From contig CAWJEL010000024.1 of NCBI GenBank assembly GCA_963841825.1, positions 44,982 through 108,981 on the forward strand: DNA of 64,000 nt, given 5' to 3'. Made by a program: the position numbers and the translations under genes. The stretch's first letter is position 1. Each line of letters starts with the position of its first letter. The notes beneath the pieces were generated by a model. That model searched no databases, was not told the DNA's origin, and was given only the letters and a program-made list of their open reading frames with translations. Shown here one piece after another: positions 8,127 to 17,805 of this stretch. This DNA comes from an uncultured Chloroflexia bacterium (GTDB taxonomy: Bacteria > Chloroflexota > Anaerolineae > CG2-30-64-16).

Positions 8127-9659
8127 TCATCCCCCCGTTCCGGTGACCATTTGCATCGTCCCGCGCATCTCCATCGGCTGGAGCATGATCCAGAGCCCGA
8201 AGCTCAGCAACAACAGCACCAGCAGGATCCACGGCAGCGCGGCGCCGAGGATCGCCCGCCGCGCCTCAGGTTCATCCGCAGGCGTCCGGCCGCGCGCGAT
8301 CTGGAAGGCGGCGACGATCGAGCCGGACGCGCCCAGGTAGAGCAGGACAGCCTCGATGGGGAAGAGCCATTCCGGCGGTACCAACGCGCCCAATCCCCAC
8401 TGCACCTTGCCGCTGAACAATCCGATATCAGCCAGAAAGGACTGGATCACCGGCACGATCGTCAGCCCGCCGGTGAGAAAATGGAAGCTGTAATGCGCCA
8501 GCCACATGCCGAATCCCAGCGGCGCGAGTGCATAGACATAACGCAGTATGTTGTCGGTGAGCCGGCGTTCCCCGGTTTGACCCCAGGCCCGGCTGGCCAG
8601 GGCTGCCCCGGCGAGCAGGCAGACAGGCAGGATGATCAGACCGAGCACGAAGACGAGCGCCAGGCCCGGTGCGGGTGAAGCGGTGTTGAGCGCGCGGGCC
8701 AGCAACGCCTGCAGCGTATGTACCGGCTTGATCATGTTGAACGCGTTGAGGAACGCGCCGAACGTCAGGACCACGACCAGCGCGGCCAGGTCGGCCCGCC
8801 GGCTGAAGCGCCCGAGGCCGGCGCGATAGGGGTCGGTCCACAGCTCGGAGGTTGGGATGCGGCCGATCAGCCCGACGTTCTCGTAGGGGCAGGCGTGGAC
8901 GCAATCCAGACAGAAGGTGCAGTCCATGTTGCCGGCCTTGCGCGGCTGAAAGAGCCAGAGTTCGCAGCCGCGTTGGCCGGAAGATAACCACGGAGACACG
9001 GAGGGCATGGAGGTTTCGCCAGATATCTGGACGTGGGCCGGTTGAATACAGTCCTTTGTGCGGCACGCGACACATGTCGCGGGCTGGCGCACCTTGATCT
9101 CCAGCGGGGAGATGAGCGAGCCGAAGAAGTTGAATTGGCCGAGTGGACAGACGTATTTGCAGAACGCGGCGCCGCGGAAGATCATGTCGACGGCGAAGGC
9201 GATGCCGAAGTAGGCCAGCGCCACCCAGGCGGTCCACCAGGGCGTGGCCCACAGGCTGAAATACTCGTAACAGAAGAAGAAAGCGACGATCAGCCCGATG
9301 GCGAACCACTTGTTGCGCAGCACCCGTGGCAGCGGCCGGCCTTCGCCGCCGAGCCGTTTCCGCAGCCACCAGCCGGCCTGCCGCGGCAGCATGAAGGGGC
9401 ACGCCATGCAGAAGAGGTTGCCCGCCACCAGCAGCGCCAGCACGACCAGTCCGCGGTAGTGCAGCCACGCGCCGACCGTCGCCAGGTTCTTCGGCGCAAG
9501 CTGCGGCCCAACCAGCCCGTCGAAGATCATCAGCGCGGCCAGCAGGAAGACGGGGATCTGCAGCGCCGTGCGGGCGTGACGCCATCTGAGGAACGGGCCG
9601 ATGACCGGCCAGGTGAGCAGGTCCAGACGGGGGGAGCGCGCGTCGGTGATCATGCGCAT
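8127..9659 (-). CDS. Polytopic 4Fe-4S-binding membrane protein, FixG/CcoG/NapH-like.
   Basis: CPFMLP, CKYVCPLGQF and CTFCLDCVHACPYENV cysteine motifs between TM helices. Start MRMITDA at 9659. Confidence 0.7.
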   Translation of the reverse strand: MRMITDARSPRLDLLTWPVIGPFLRWRHARTALQIPVFLLAALMIFDGLVGPQLAPKNLATVGAWLHYRGLVVLALLVAGNLFCMACPFMLPRQAGWWLRKRLGGEGRPLPRVLRNKWFAIGLIVAFFFCYEYFSLWATPWWTAWVALAYFGIAFAVDMIFRGAAFCKYVCPLGQFNFFGSLISPLEIKVRQPATCVACRTKDCIQPAHVQISGETSMPSVSPWLSSGQRGCELWLFQPRKAGNMDCTFCLDCVHACPYENVGLIGRIPTSELWTDPYRAGLGRFSRRADLAALVVVLTFGAFLNAFNMIKPVHTLQALLARALNTASPAPGLALVFVLGLIILPVCLLAGAALASRAWGQTGERRLTDNILRYVYALAPLGFGMWLAHYSFHFLTGGLTIVPVIQSFLADIGLFSGKVQWGLGALVPPEWLFPIEAVLLYLGASGSIVAAFQIARGRTPADEPEARRAILGAALPWILLVLLLLSFGLWIMLQPMEMRGTMQMVTGTGG

Positions 9660-9849
9660 GATGATAACCACAAAGGGCGAGGGGCGCAAAAGCTTGCGGG
9701 TCCTTCTTAGCCGCGGATTAACGCGAATCTTCGCGGATCGAGAACGGCCAATAAAACAAATCCGTGTCAATCTGCGCAAATCCGCGGCAGATTCCGTCGT
9801 AGAGGGATCGTTTCACCTATCCCAACTTGGCAGTCATTCAGGTCGGTGG

Positions 9850-10304
9850 CTATTGCGCCAGCACTTGTAGCGGGAAGCGCCGGGTGATTTTCTGCCCGTC
9901 CGGCAGGGTGAACTTGACATCCACGAACCAGTCGCCGGCCATCGTCCAGGTGAGCGGGACGCGGTAGACACCGTCCTTGTTTGATGTACTGTCCGCCATG
10001 ACCGGCGTCATGCCGGCGTGGCTCATGTTCGCCTCAAGCGCCAGGTGCGCGCCCTCCACCGGTTGGCCGGCTGCATCGTGAAGCGTCACGGCCACCGTGC
10101 CATCACCCTACGACTGGTGGCGCGGGCTCGACGGCCGAGCGTCACCAGGTAGCTGTCCGAGGTGGCCGGCGCTGCCTGCTGGACGCGGCCGCAGCCGGCT
10201 AACAGCAGGAGCAGCACGACGCCAAACAAACAAATCGTCCCGCCGCGGCAGGCGACTTGGCTTCGGCGCTGGTTGGGCGAAGCGACTCTGCTGACCCGAT
10301 ACAT
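9850..10304 (-). pseudogene. YtkA/FixH-like lipoprotein, broken by two single-base indels within about 35 nt (may be assembly errors).
   Basis: The lipobox LLLLAGCG sits in one frame and ...DGTVAVTLHDAAGQPVEGAHLALEANMSHAGM... in another. The bridging frame reads AVEPAPPVVG. Removing one G near 10133-10138 and one near 10105-10108 restores a continuous protein. Confidence 0.55.
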
Positions 10305-10313
10305 GATAGCCCC

Positions 10314-10586
10314 TCAGTTCAGACGCAAAACGAGGATCATCGGGAAGACCAGCAGGAACGGGACCAGGAAAATGAAGGCAAACCAGCGGCTGTCGGTCTT
10401 CAAGTGCATGAAGTACAGGATGACGAGCAGCGCCTTGATGAACGACAGCGACAACAGGGCCACGGGGCGCAGGTGTTCGGGCAGGTAAAACACCGCCAGT
10501 TCCAACATCGTGAGGGCGGCCAGGGCCAGGAACACCAGCAGGTATTTCGGGTGTTTGTGCTTCTCAACCGGTAGATCTTCTTCCAT
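10314..10586 (-). CDS. Cytochrome c oxidase subunit IV (prokaryotic caa3-type small subunit).
   Basis: 90 aa with three TM segments, HPKYLLVFLAL..LE....YFMHLK, positioned after subunit III. Confidence 0.75.
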   Translation of the reverse strand: MEEDLPVEKHKHPKYLLVFLALAALTMLELAVFYLPEHLRPVALLSLSFIKALLVILYFMHLKTDSRWFAFIFLVPFLLVFPMILVLRLN

Positions 10587-10661
10587 GATGACTCCCCAAG
10601 TTCGCGGAGGCTTAAAGCCTTTCGCTTAATCTCCGTGTTCTCCGTGACTCCGTGGTGACTA

Positions 10662-11237
10662 TCACAGCAAGTAGACAAGGGTGAACAGCAAGATCCAGAC
10701 GATGTCCACGAAGTGCCAATAGAGGCCGAAGATTTCGACCCGGGCATAGTTCCGGTGCGAGAAGGTCCCCCGGCGCGCAAGCACGATCAGCGAGGTGCAC
10801 CAGATCAGGCCGATGAATACATGAAGCCCGTGAAAGCCGGTCAGCGTGTAGAACGCACCGCCGAACAGGCTGCCCGACGGGGTCAATCCCTCGTGGAGAA
10901 GCTGCGTGTACTCGAAGACCTGCACGCTGAGAAAGGTCGCGCCCAGCAAGAGCGTGAGCACGAGATACCGCAGCAACTTCTTCTTTTCACCGTCCTGGAT
11001 CGCGGCCAGGCCCAGCACGACCGTGGTGCTGCTGATGATCAGGATGAACGTGTTGACCGCCGTGAGCGGGATGTTGAGGATCTCGCTGGCATCGGCCGGG
11101 CTGCGCGCCTTCATCTGCAGGAACGCGCCGATCAACGCTGAGAAAAGCATGACCTCGGTGGCCAGGAAGAGCCACATGCCGAGCTTCCGGTTGTCAAGCC
11201 CGGTGCTGGTGTGAGTTGGGTCGACAAGTTCGCTCAT
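10662..11237 (-). CDS. ctaE: Cytochrome c oxidase subunit III.
   Basis: LGMWLFLATEVMLFSALI...FYTLTGFHGLHVFIGL...YWHFVDIVWILLF. Confidence 0.9.
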   Translation of the reverse strand: MSELVDPTHTSTGLDNRKLGMWLFLATEVMLFSALIGAFLQMKARSPADASEILNIPLTAVNTFILIISSTTVVLGLAAIQDGEKKKLLRYLVLTLLLGATFLSVQVFEYTQLLHEGLTPSGSLFGGAFYTLTGFHGLHVFIGLIWCTSLIVLARRGTFSHRNYARVEIFGLYWHFVDIVWILLFTLVYLL

Positions 11238-11252
11238 GATTACCTCTGGTTC

Positions 11253-11280
11253 TCGAAGCTCGAAGCTGGAAGCTAGGCGG
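11253..11280. repeat. Heptamer array, unit TCGAAGC/TGGAAGC (4 units), in the ctaD-ctaE spacer.
   Basis: TCGAAGC TCGAAGC TGGAAGC TAGGCGG. Confidence 0.7.
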
Positions 11281-12902
11281 ATACCGGTTGCGCGGGCGGG
11301 ATGGGCCCTTCGCCGTAGCCGTACGGATCGCTGTCAACGACCGGCGGGACCGGGAAGTTGTGGACCGGCGGCGGTGACGAGACGGTCCATTCGAGCCCCA
11401 ACGCGCGCCACGGGTTCGGGCCAGCAATCACGCCGCGTTTCAGGCTGACGAGCACGTTGATGATGAACGGCAGGGTGCTGATGGCCAACAGGAAGGCGCC
11501 CAGGGTCGAGAGCAGGTTCAGCGTGGCGAACTCCGGCGCGTAGTCGGCCACACGGCGGGGCATCCCGTCCAGGCCGAGTTGATGCTGCGGCAGGAATGTC
11601 AGGTTGAAACCGATGAAATTGAGCCAGAAGTGCAACTGGCCGAGCCGCTCGTTCAGCATACGCCCGCTGATCTTGGGGAACCAGTAGTAGATGCCCGGCG
11701 TAGAGCGCCATCACGCTGCCGCCGAACAACACGTAATGCAGGTGGGCGACGACGAAGTAGGTGTCCTGCACGTGGATATCGATCGGCACCGACGCCAGGA
11801 AGATGCCGCTCAACCCGCCGATGACGAACAGCGAGATGAACCCCAGCGCAAACATCATCGACGTTGTGAAGCGCAGCTTGCCGCCCCAGATCGTCGCCAG
11901 CCAACTGAAGATCTTGACCCCGGTGGGCACCGCGATGATCATCGAGGTGATCATGAACGGCACACGCAGGAACGGGTCCATGCCGCTGGTGAACATGTGG
12001 TGCGCCCACACCAGGAAACCGAAGATGCCGATGGCCAGGCTGGAGAATGCGATCAGCTTATACCCGAAGATCGGCTTGCGGGAGAAGACCGGCAGCACCT
12101 CGGAGATGATGCCGAAGCCCGGCAGGATCATAATGTATACCGCGGGGTGCGAGTAAAACCAGAAGAGATTCTGCCACATCAGCGGGTCGCCGCCGGCCGA
12201 GGCCTGGAAGAAGTTGGCGCCCAGGACACGGTTGACCGTCAGCATCGCCAGCGCGGCGGAAAGCACCGGCGTGCCCAGGATGATGATGATCGAGGTGGAG
12301 ATGATCGCCCAGGCCATCAACGGCAGCCGCATCAGCGTCATGCCTGTGGCGCGCATGTTGAAAATGGTCACCATGAAGTTGATCGCGCCGAAGATCGACG
12401 AGAAGCCGATGAACTGGAGTGCGATCGCCCAGATCGTCTGCCCGCTCCCGGTTTGCAGGCTCAGCGGCGGATAGGCCGTCCAGCCGCTCTCCGCGCCGCC
12501 CACCCAGAAACCGACCAGCAGCAGGAGCGCGCCGGGGATCAGCAGCCAGAAGGCCAACGCGTTCAGCTTCGGGAACGCCATATCGTTGGCGCCCAGTTGC
12601 AGCGGGATGACGTAGTTGGCCAGCCCCGCAAACGCCGGGATGATCCACAAAAAGATCATGATCGTGCCGTGGATCGTGAAGAGCTGGTTGTAGCTGCTGC
12701 CGCTGACGAACTGCGTGCCGGGGCGCGCCAGCTCGGCGCGGATCAGCTCCGCCAGGAGGCCGCCGAACATGAAGAACAGGAACGACAGCACCATGTACTG
12801 GATGCCGATGACCTTGTGATCGGTGTTGAAGACGAAATAATCGCTCAGCTTCCGCCCGCCGTGACGGACGAGGCCGTGGCCGGTGTCTACTGCTGCTGTC
12901 AT
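11273..12902 (-). pseudogene. ctaD: Cytochrome c oxidase subunit I, split by a +1 indel near 11693-11697 (may be an assembly error).
   Basis: The N-terminal 400 aa (DHKVIGIQYM...HHMF...[20 protein letters not shown]) continue in another frame as [37 protein letters not shown]. An extra G in GCCGGGCATC explains the shift. Confidence 0.9.
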
Positions 12903-12944
12903 ACGCAGTGCTCCTTCAGCGTGAACGAATTGACCGTGGGCGAG

Positions 12945-13012
12945 GATGATGGACGAATGGACGATGATCCATGGTCGATGGTCAATGGTCAATCGGTCAA
13001 TCGTCAATCGTC
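12945..13012. repeat. Heptamer array of the GGACGAT/GGTCAAT family, in the ctaC-ctaD spacer.
   Basis: GATGATG GACGAAT GGACGAT GATCCAT GGTCGAT GGTCAAT GGTCAAT CGGTCAA TCGTCAA TCGTCC. Confidence 0.85.
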
Positions 13013-13017
13013 CGCTC

Positions 13018-14091
13018 TCATTTCTGCTCCAGCAAATACTTCACCAGCGCATCCAGGTCGGCCGGGGTCACGCGCTGCTCGTAGTCCTTCGGCATCAGAT
13101 CGGCGAAGCCCGGGGTCAGGTGCGCGGCCGGCTTGAGGATCGACGCACGGATGTACTCCTCAGCCGACTGCCCGGCGACGGCATCCCCGGCGCGCGTGTC
13201 GATGCCATCCAGCTTGGGGCCGATCGCCCCGACCGCGCCCGCGGAAGCCAGCGCGTGGCAGGCGTTGCAGCCGTAGACGTTGAACGCCGCCTTGCCCGCC
13301 GCGAACGGATCGGCCGCTGCGGCCGCCGCGGCCTGGGCTTTGGCCACGCCCTGGCTCGCCAGCCAGGCCTGGAAGTCGGCGTCGGACTGCACGACGACCT
13401 GAGAGCGCATCACCGTATGTCCCGCGCCGCACAGCTCGGCGCAGACGACGGGGTACTCGCCGAGCTCGGAGCCGGTGATGTAGGTCTCGGTCACCCGGTC
13501 GGGCATGACGTCTTTCTTGATGCGAAAGGCGGGGACCCAGAACGAGTGGATCACATCGGTGGAACGCAGCTTGAGATGGACCTGTCGATCCAGGGGGATG
13601 TGCAACTCACTGGTCGTGATGTCCTGTTCGGGGTAGTAGTACTGCCAGGCGTACTGGATCGCCTTGACTTCGACCGTCAACTGGTCGGCTTTGGGCTGCT
13701 CGATATCGGCCAGCACCTGGTAGCTGAGGAGACCGATGACGAGGATCAAGGTGGCGGGGATAACTGTCCAGAAGATTTCCAGCGGGGTATTGCCGCGGAC
13801 CGGCACGGCGTCGGTTTCATCGCCTGGCTCGCGGCCGAAGCGGATGATGGAATAGAGCAGGAAACCCTGGACGATGACGAAGACTGCGGTGGCAAGGCCG
13901 AGCGTGATGCCGAAAAGGACGTCGATCAGTACGCCCTGGGTGGAGGCGGCATCGCGCATAAACGGGTTGGAGATGCCGACCACCAGGCCGGCGATGCCGG
14001 CGAGGATGCCGATCGCAATGGCGACCAGCTTACTGGTGTTGTCGAAGGCCCGCGGGCCGCCGGGCGCGTTGGAGTGGGTTGGGTGGGACAT
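13018..14091 (-). CDS. ctaC: Cytochrome c oxidase subunit II with a fused C-terminal cytochrome c domain (caa3 type).
   Basis: CuA site HSFWVP...CAELCGAGH and haem c site CNACH. Confidence 0.9.
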   Translation of the reverse strand: MSHPTHSNAPGGPRAFDNTSKLVAIAIGILAGIAGLVVGISNPFMRDAASTQGVLIDVLFGITLGLATAVFVIVQGFLLYSIIRFGREPGDETDAVPVRGNTPLEIFWTVIPATLILVIGLLSYQVLADIEQPKADQLTVEVKAIQYAWQYYYPEQDITTSELHIPLDRQVHLKLRSTDVIHSFWVPAFRIKKDVMPDRVTETYITGSELGEYPVVCAELCGAGHTVMRSQVVVQSDADFQAWLASQGVAKAQAAAAAAADPFAAGKAAFNVYGCNACHALASAGAVGAIGPKLDGIDTRAGDAVAGQSAEEYIRASILKPAAHLTPGFADLMPKDYEQRVTPADLDALVKYLLEQK

Positions 14092-14196
14092 CTTGTGGCT
14101 GCTCCCCTCGACGACTGTCTGCCGGTCGTATTCTAATCGGCGCGCGCCTGTCTCGGTCAGGCCCTTTCCATAATCGGCGAACTCGTGCTACGGCTA

Positions 14197-14225
14197 ACTT
14201 TAATCGCACCGGAGCGCCTTGTCAA
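14197..14225 (-). promoter_or_regulatory. Sigma-70-type promoter upstream of ctaC.
   Basis: On the minus strand: TTGACA (14225-14220), 17-nt spacer, TAAAGT (14202-14197). Confidence 0.5.
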
Positions 14226-14249
14226 ATCAGTTCCTCTTGTTTGTGCAAT

Positions 14250-15005
14250 TTATGTGCGTTGTGCGCGTTGGTGAAAGAACAGCGCATAGCCGCCCAGCAG
14301 GATGCCGGCGAAGGCGAACCATTGGACGGCGTAACCCAGGTGCGATCCTTCGCTCAGCGCGAGCTCCGGCGCGGCGCGGGGGAAGCGCCGGATCGGTTCA
14401 TCGGGCGCTTGATCCTCCTCCAGGTACAGCGGCGCCAGCGGATACGGGATCTGCTCCTGGATGCGCGGGATGTCGACGCGGTGCCAGGCGTCCAGCCGCG
14501 GCCGGTCGGGGCCGAGCGGCGGGTCGGCGGGTGACATCCCGCTGCTGCGGACCTCCGTGAGGCGCAAGATGCCCCGCACCTCGACCCCGCCGACCGCATC
14601 CTGGAACACCTTCCGCTGCGCCTGGTCGGCCATCTCGTAGGGGATCCAGCCGCGGTCCACGAGCACCGCAGCCTCACTCCCCGCGATGCGGAGCGGCACG
14701 ATGACGTGTACGCCGGGGATTTCGTTGTGGGTGCGGTTGCGCAGGACGATCTCCTGGCCGTAGTCGTACGTCCCGCGCACCGCCGCCCGCCGCAGATCGT
14801 CCTGGGCGGGATCGAGCGCCTGGCCCCCCAAGGTCAACGGCGGCTCCTGCATCCGTGCCAGGATCAGCGCGTTGGCCGCGCGCTTCTGGCCCAGCCGCTG
14901 GAGCTGCCAGAAGCCGAGGGTCAGGAAGAGCGCGCACAGCAGCGCGACGCCGATCGTGGTCCACAGCCACCGGCCGCGGAAGGGAGAGGGTTTGCGTGCG
15001 GACAA
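14250..15005 (-). CDS. SURF1/Shy1-family cytochrome oxidase assembly protein.
   Basis: N-terminal TM plus GFWQLQRL, a C-terminal TM plus YAVQWFAFA, and a position upstream of the cox genes. Confidence 0.8.
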   Translation of the reverse strand: MSARKPSPFRGRWLWTTIGVALLCALFLTLGFWQLQRLGQKRAANALILARMQEPPLTLGGQALDPAQDDLRRAAVRGTYDYGQEIVLRNRTHNEIPGVHVIVPLRIAGSEAAVLVDRGWIPYEMADQAQRKVFQDAVGGVEVRGILRLTEVRSSGMSPADPPLGPDRPRLDAWHRVDIPRIQEQIPYPLAPLYLEEDQAPDEPIRRFPRAAPELALSEGSHLGYAVQWFAFAGILLGGYALFFHQRAQRT

Positions 15006-15138
15006 CGGAGTGCACCTCGGAGCAACAGCGGATTGATCGGCCAGTCACCGCATCTTATCCCAGTTGCGCAGGGGCGTCAAACCGGCTTTGTTTCTTGAAC
15101 CGCGGTGCGTTGGCCGACCTGGATGCGTTGCCAGCGAC

Positions 15139-15167
15139 TTGACTTGCGGTTTGAGTAGGCTTAGAAT
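15139..15167 (+). promoter_or_regulatory. Sigma-70-type promoter, within the conserved module shared with 39512-39592.
   Basis: TTGACT, 17 nt, TAGAAT. Confidence 0.5.
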
Positions 15168-15315
15168 CCCACACAATCGGTGGCCTGTGCGATGCCAGTT
15201 TCTCAACGCCGTGCGCCTATCTTCTCGCTGGCCCCGGCGCCGTCTCGGGAGGCGGCAAGCGTTTGGCGTCTTGGGTGCGGACAGCTCGTGCCCAGTAGAC
15301 CCCAAGGAGTACATC

Positions 15316-15640
15316 ATGACGGTAAAGCGAATGGACAACGTCGGGCATCGTGGTGGAGGACATCGATGCCGCACGATGTGAGTATCTTCAGCCGAACTTG
15401 ATCTCGCAGTCTCGAGGGGCGCGCCCGATGGAAGGAGACTGGGCAGCTGGCGTCACTGGATTGCGCGACGTGCGCGTCGAGATTGCCATGATGCGTACGC
15501 CGGACGGTCACAGCCGGCTCGAGCCGATTCTCGGGACGAGGTTGTGGTCATTTTGCGCGACAAGGGCCGAAAACAGCGATCCGGTGCAACGCACTCGAAG
15601 ACTGCAAAGCGGCTGGATGCTTCACCGATGCGGATTTTAG
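15316..15640 (+). pseudogene. Degraded glyoxalase/VOC-family gene remnant.
   Basis: AAGGAG RBS. MTVKRMDNVG then, across frame changes, IVVEDIDAA ... APMEGDWAAGVTGLRDVRVEIAMMRTPDGHSRLE. Multiple frame breaks and no recognisable C-terminal half. Confidence 0.45.
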
Positions 15641-15799
15641 CATCGATCTGTTTCCGCATAAAATCCGCCGTGCGGGGATATGCGACGTGGATCCGCTACG
15701 TCGGCGCAGTAGGACAAAAACGGAAAACACGATCGGCGGATCTGACGATCCGGCATTCCCCGAAGTCATTCGTTGGGCTGAAAACACATAGGTCAAATA

Positions 15800-16387
15800 G
15801 TGACAAAATCTGCTCTTGATTTGTACGAGAAATACTTCCAAGAAAGGCAATTTGAACGGCTGGATTTGTTTCAAATCATCGCAGACAAATTCAATGTTCA
15901 GCGAGCCTTGTATGCAGGAAGTTTTGTCCATGTCACACCTTCATTTGTTTTCCCCGATGTCGTCTATGTGGACAACGACAAACAAGCAAAGCAATTCTTT
16001 GGCAAGCCTGAAATTTTCAAGTTTATTGCCGAAAGAAAGGTTTATCCACAAGAAGCAAAGGTCTCTTTTCACTTTGCTGATTACAGAAATGGTTTTGATG
16101 AAATGCTTGGTAGTTTCGACTTACTCATTTCTCAATATGCTGGTTTCGTAGGGCAACATTGCAAGCAATATCTAAAAACGGGCGGCTTACTTTTGGCAAA
16201 CAATAGTCATGGTGACGCAGGCATGGCAGCAATTGATGATGATTATCAGTTATTAGCGGTTTTCTCTGTAAAAAATGAGAAACACAGAATCAGCGTAAAT
16301 AATCTTGATGAATATTTTGTTCCAAAGTCACAAACTGAGATAACGAAGGAGTATCTCGAAAAACTGCAGAAAAGGCATTGGCTATAA
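15800..16387 (+). CDS. Hypothetical protein with a Rossmann-like, possibly methyltransferase, fold. Strongly AT-rich foreign gene.
   Basis: About 40% G+C by hand count of two 60-nt lines, against about 70% in the neighbouring cox region. 195-aa ORF with LYAGSFVHVTPSFVFPDVVYVDND ... FDLLISQYAG. Confidence 0.5.
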   Translation: MTKSALDLYEKYFQERQFERLDLFQIIADKFNVQRALYAGSFVHVTPSFVFPDVVYVDNDKQAKQFFGKPEIFKFIAERKVYPQEAKVSFHFADYRNGFDEMLGSFDLLISQYAGFVGQHCKQYLKTGGLLLANNSHGDAGMAAIDDDYQLLAVFSVKNEKHRISVNNLDEYFVPKSQTEITKEYLEKLQKRHWL

Positions 16388-16645
16388 AAAGATTGCGAGT
16401 GTATATTTATTCCAAAAGGTTCAGTAAGGCGGGCTTGAGTCTTGAAAACGATGGTGTCTTCCAGTCCTTCAGCCCAACAAAGACTGCACTGGACGCTGGG
16501 ATACGGTGTGCTCTTCAAGCATTTTGCTGGCTTCGAGTCTTTCTCTGCTCACGAGCAGAATCCAGCACTCGCCCCAGCGCCAGTAACACGAGCCATGAAG
16601 CGTCAACCATTGGAAGCGCGTAAGATCGCTGTCTTAAGGAGGACA

Positions 16646-17203
16646 ATGATGGATCGCCAGTCCGGATACTTCACGCTGAGCCTGGAGTCACTCAGGGTCA
16701 TTGGGGGCTGGGCCGCGGATTGCGCTGAGAGGGCGCTGTCGGTATGTGAGACGCACCCTGATTCAGATTCGCGGCCCCGTGCGGCGATCGCGGGCATCCG
16801 GGAGTTCGCGGGCGGGGGAAAGCGCACAGCCCGGTTGCGCACCCTTGCCGTGGAGGCGAATGCCGCTGCGCGTGAGATCGGCGATCCTGCGGCGGCGGCC
16901 GCTGCTCGTGCGGCGGGCCTTGCGGCGGCCAGCGCCTACACGCATCCGTTGGCGGATGTCCATCAGACAAAGCACATCGTCGGGCCAGCGGCCTATGCAG
17001 CACTGGCTCTTGAGCTCGACCACGCAGGCGATCCAAGTGTCGCCGACGCAGAGGTCCGCTGGGCAATCGAGCACGCCCCCTCGGAAGCGCGCCAGGTCTT
17101 GCTTCAGATGCCCGCTCGTCGGGCCGGCAAGAGTCGATTAGACACGCTCCTCTACGAGCTGGATGCGGGCATCCGCGCTCGAACCTTGCCGCGAGACGCC
17201 TGA
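16646..17203 (+). CDS. Hypothetical alpha-helical protein. Resembles the family often labelled putative immunity protein (Imm5-like), from memory.
   Basis: AAGGAGG RBS six nt before ATG 16646. Ala-rich helical repeats (RPRAAIAGIREFAGGG...AAAREIGDPAAAAAARAAG...HPLADVHQTKHIVGPAAYAA). Confidence 0.5.
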   Translation: MMDRQSGYFTLSLESLRVIGGWAADCAERALSVCETHPDSDSRPRAAIAGIREFAGGGKRTARLRTLAVEANAAAREIGDPAAAAAARAAGLAAASAYTHPLADVHQTKHIVGPAAYAALALELDHAGDPSVADAEVRWAIEHAPSEARQVLLQMPARRAGKSRLDTLLYELDAGIRARTLPRDA

Positions 17204-17293
17204 CCCGCGCTTCCACACAGACGGCGCGCCGCGTGCGGCAGACTCGCGTTCAAGGCGCTCGCGCGCCGCGGGTGAAGCGTAAACACGTTGGCC

Positions 17294-17805
17294 GCCTGGC
17301 AATTGTGATCAAAGCTGCTGAAAATCCAGACCATCCGCGCGATGATTTCTACCAGAGTGTTTGCCGCACACACATTCAACAAACGGGAGGAAATCCTCAT
17401 GAGCCAAGGCAAGAGCACCACCGCGAACGATGAGAACGTCCAAGGGATTCACGGACGAGGAACGCGCTGCGATGAAGGAGCGCGCCCAAGAGCTGAAGGC
17501 GGCCGCGCGCGCGAACAAGAACAAGGCGGATGGGGAAAGCGACGTGCTCGCTAAGATCGCCGAGATGGAGGAACCGGATCGCGCTATGGCCACGCGGCTC
17601 CATGAGATCATCAAGGCCAGCGCACCGGCCCTTGCGCCGAAAACCTGGTACGGGATGCCCACGTATGCCAAGGATGGCAAGGTCATCTGCTTCTTCCAGG
17701 CTGCGAGCAAGTTCAACACGCGGTACGCGACGTTCGGCTTCCAGCACGATGCAAATTTGGACGACGGCGACCTGTGGCCGACCGCGTTCGCGCTGAAGGC
17801 GTTGA
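17294..17805 (+). repeat. Direct repeat copy 1 (0.51 kb): DUF1801 gene plus 105 nt upstream.
   Basis: Aligns base for base with 19651-20163, with scattered substitutions (roughly 5-7% by eye). Confidence 0.9.

Noticed and set aside
7819-8232. 5' two-fifths of the 321-aa ORF at 7267-8232.
   Set aside because: This region is made of REP-like dispersed repeats (shared with 38432-38493 and others) and overlaps the 3' end of the FixG-like gene. Only the part from about 7818 has membrane-protein character.
11691-13136. Long antisense ORFs opposite real genes. The same applies to 43106-44197, 46790-47764, 48402-49334, 50799-51545, 54119-54928, 55001-56176, 56640-57593, 59277-60032, 61629-62525, 2803-3441 and 3550-4173.
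   Set aside because: These are typical shadow ORFs of high-G+C DNA. They are Arg/Gly/Pro/His-rich with no family resemblance, and each lies opposite a confidently recognised gene.
16442-16645. 5' extension of the Imm5-like ORF, and the minus-strand ORF 16246-16518.
   Set aside because: Neither has a family resemblance. A perfect AAGGAGG RBS precedes ATG 16646. The region looks like non-coding junction DNA between an AT-rich and a GC-rich gene.
17296-17312. Possible sigma-54 promoter (TGGCAATTGTGATCA) in the conserved region upstream of both DUF1801 copies.
   Set aside because: The -12 element (TTGC at the correct 10-11 nt distance from GG) is absent.
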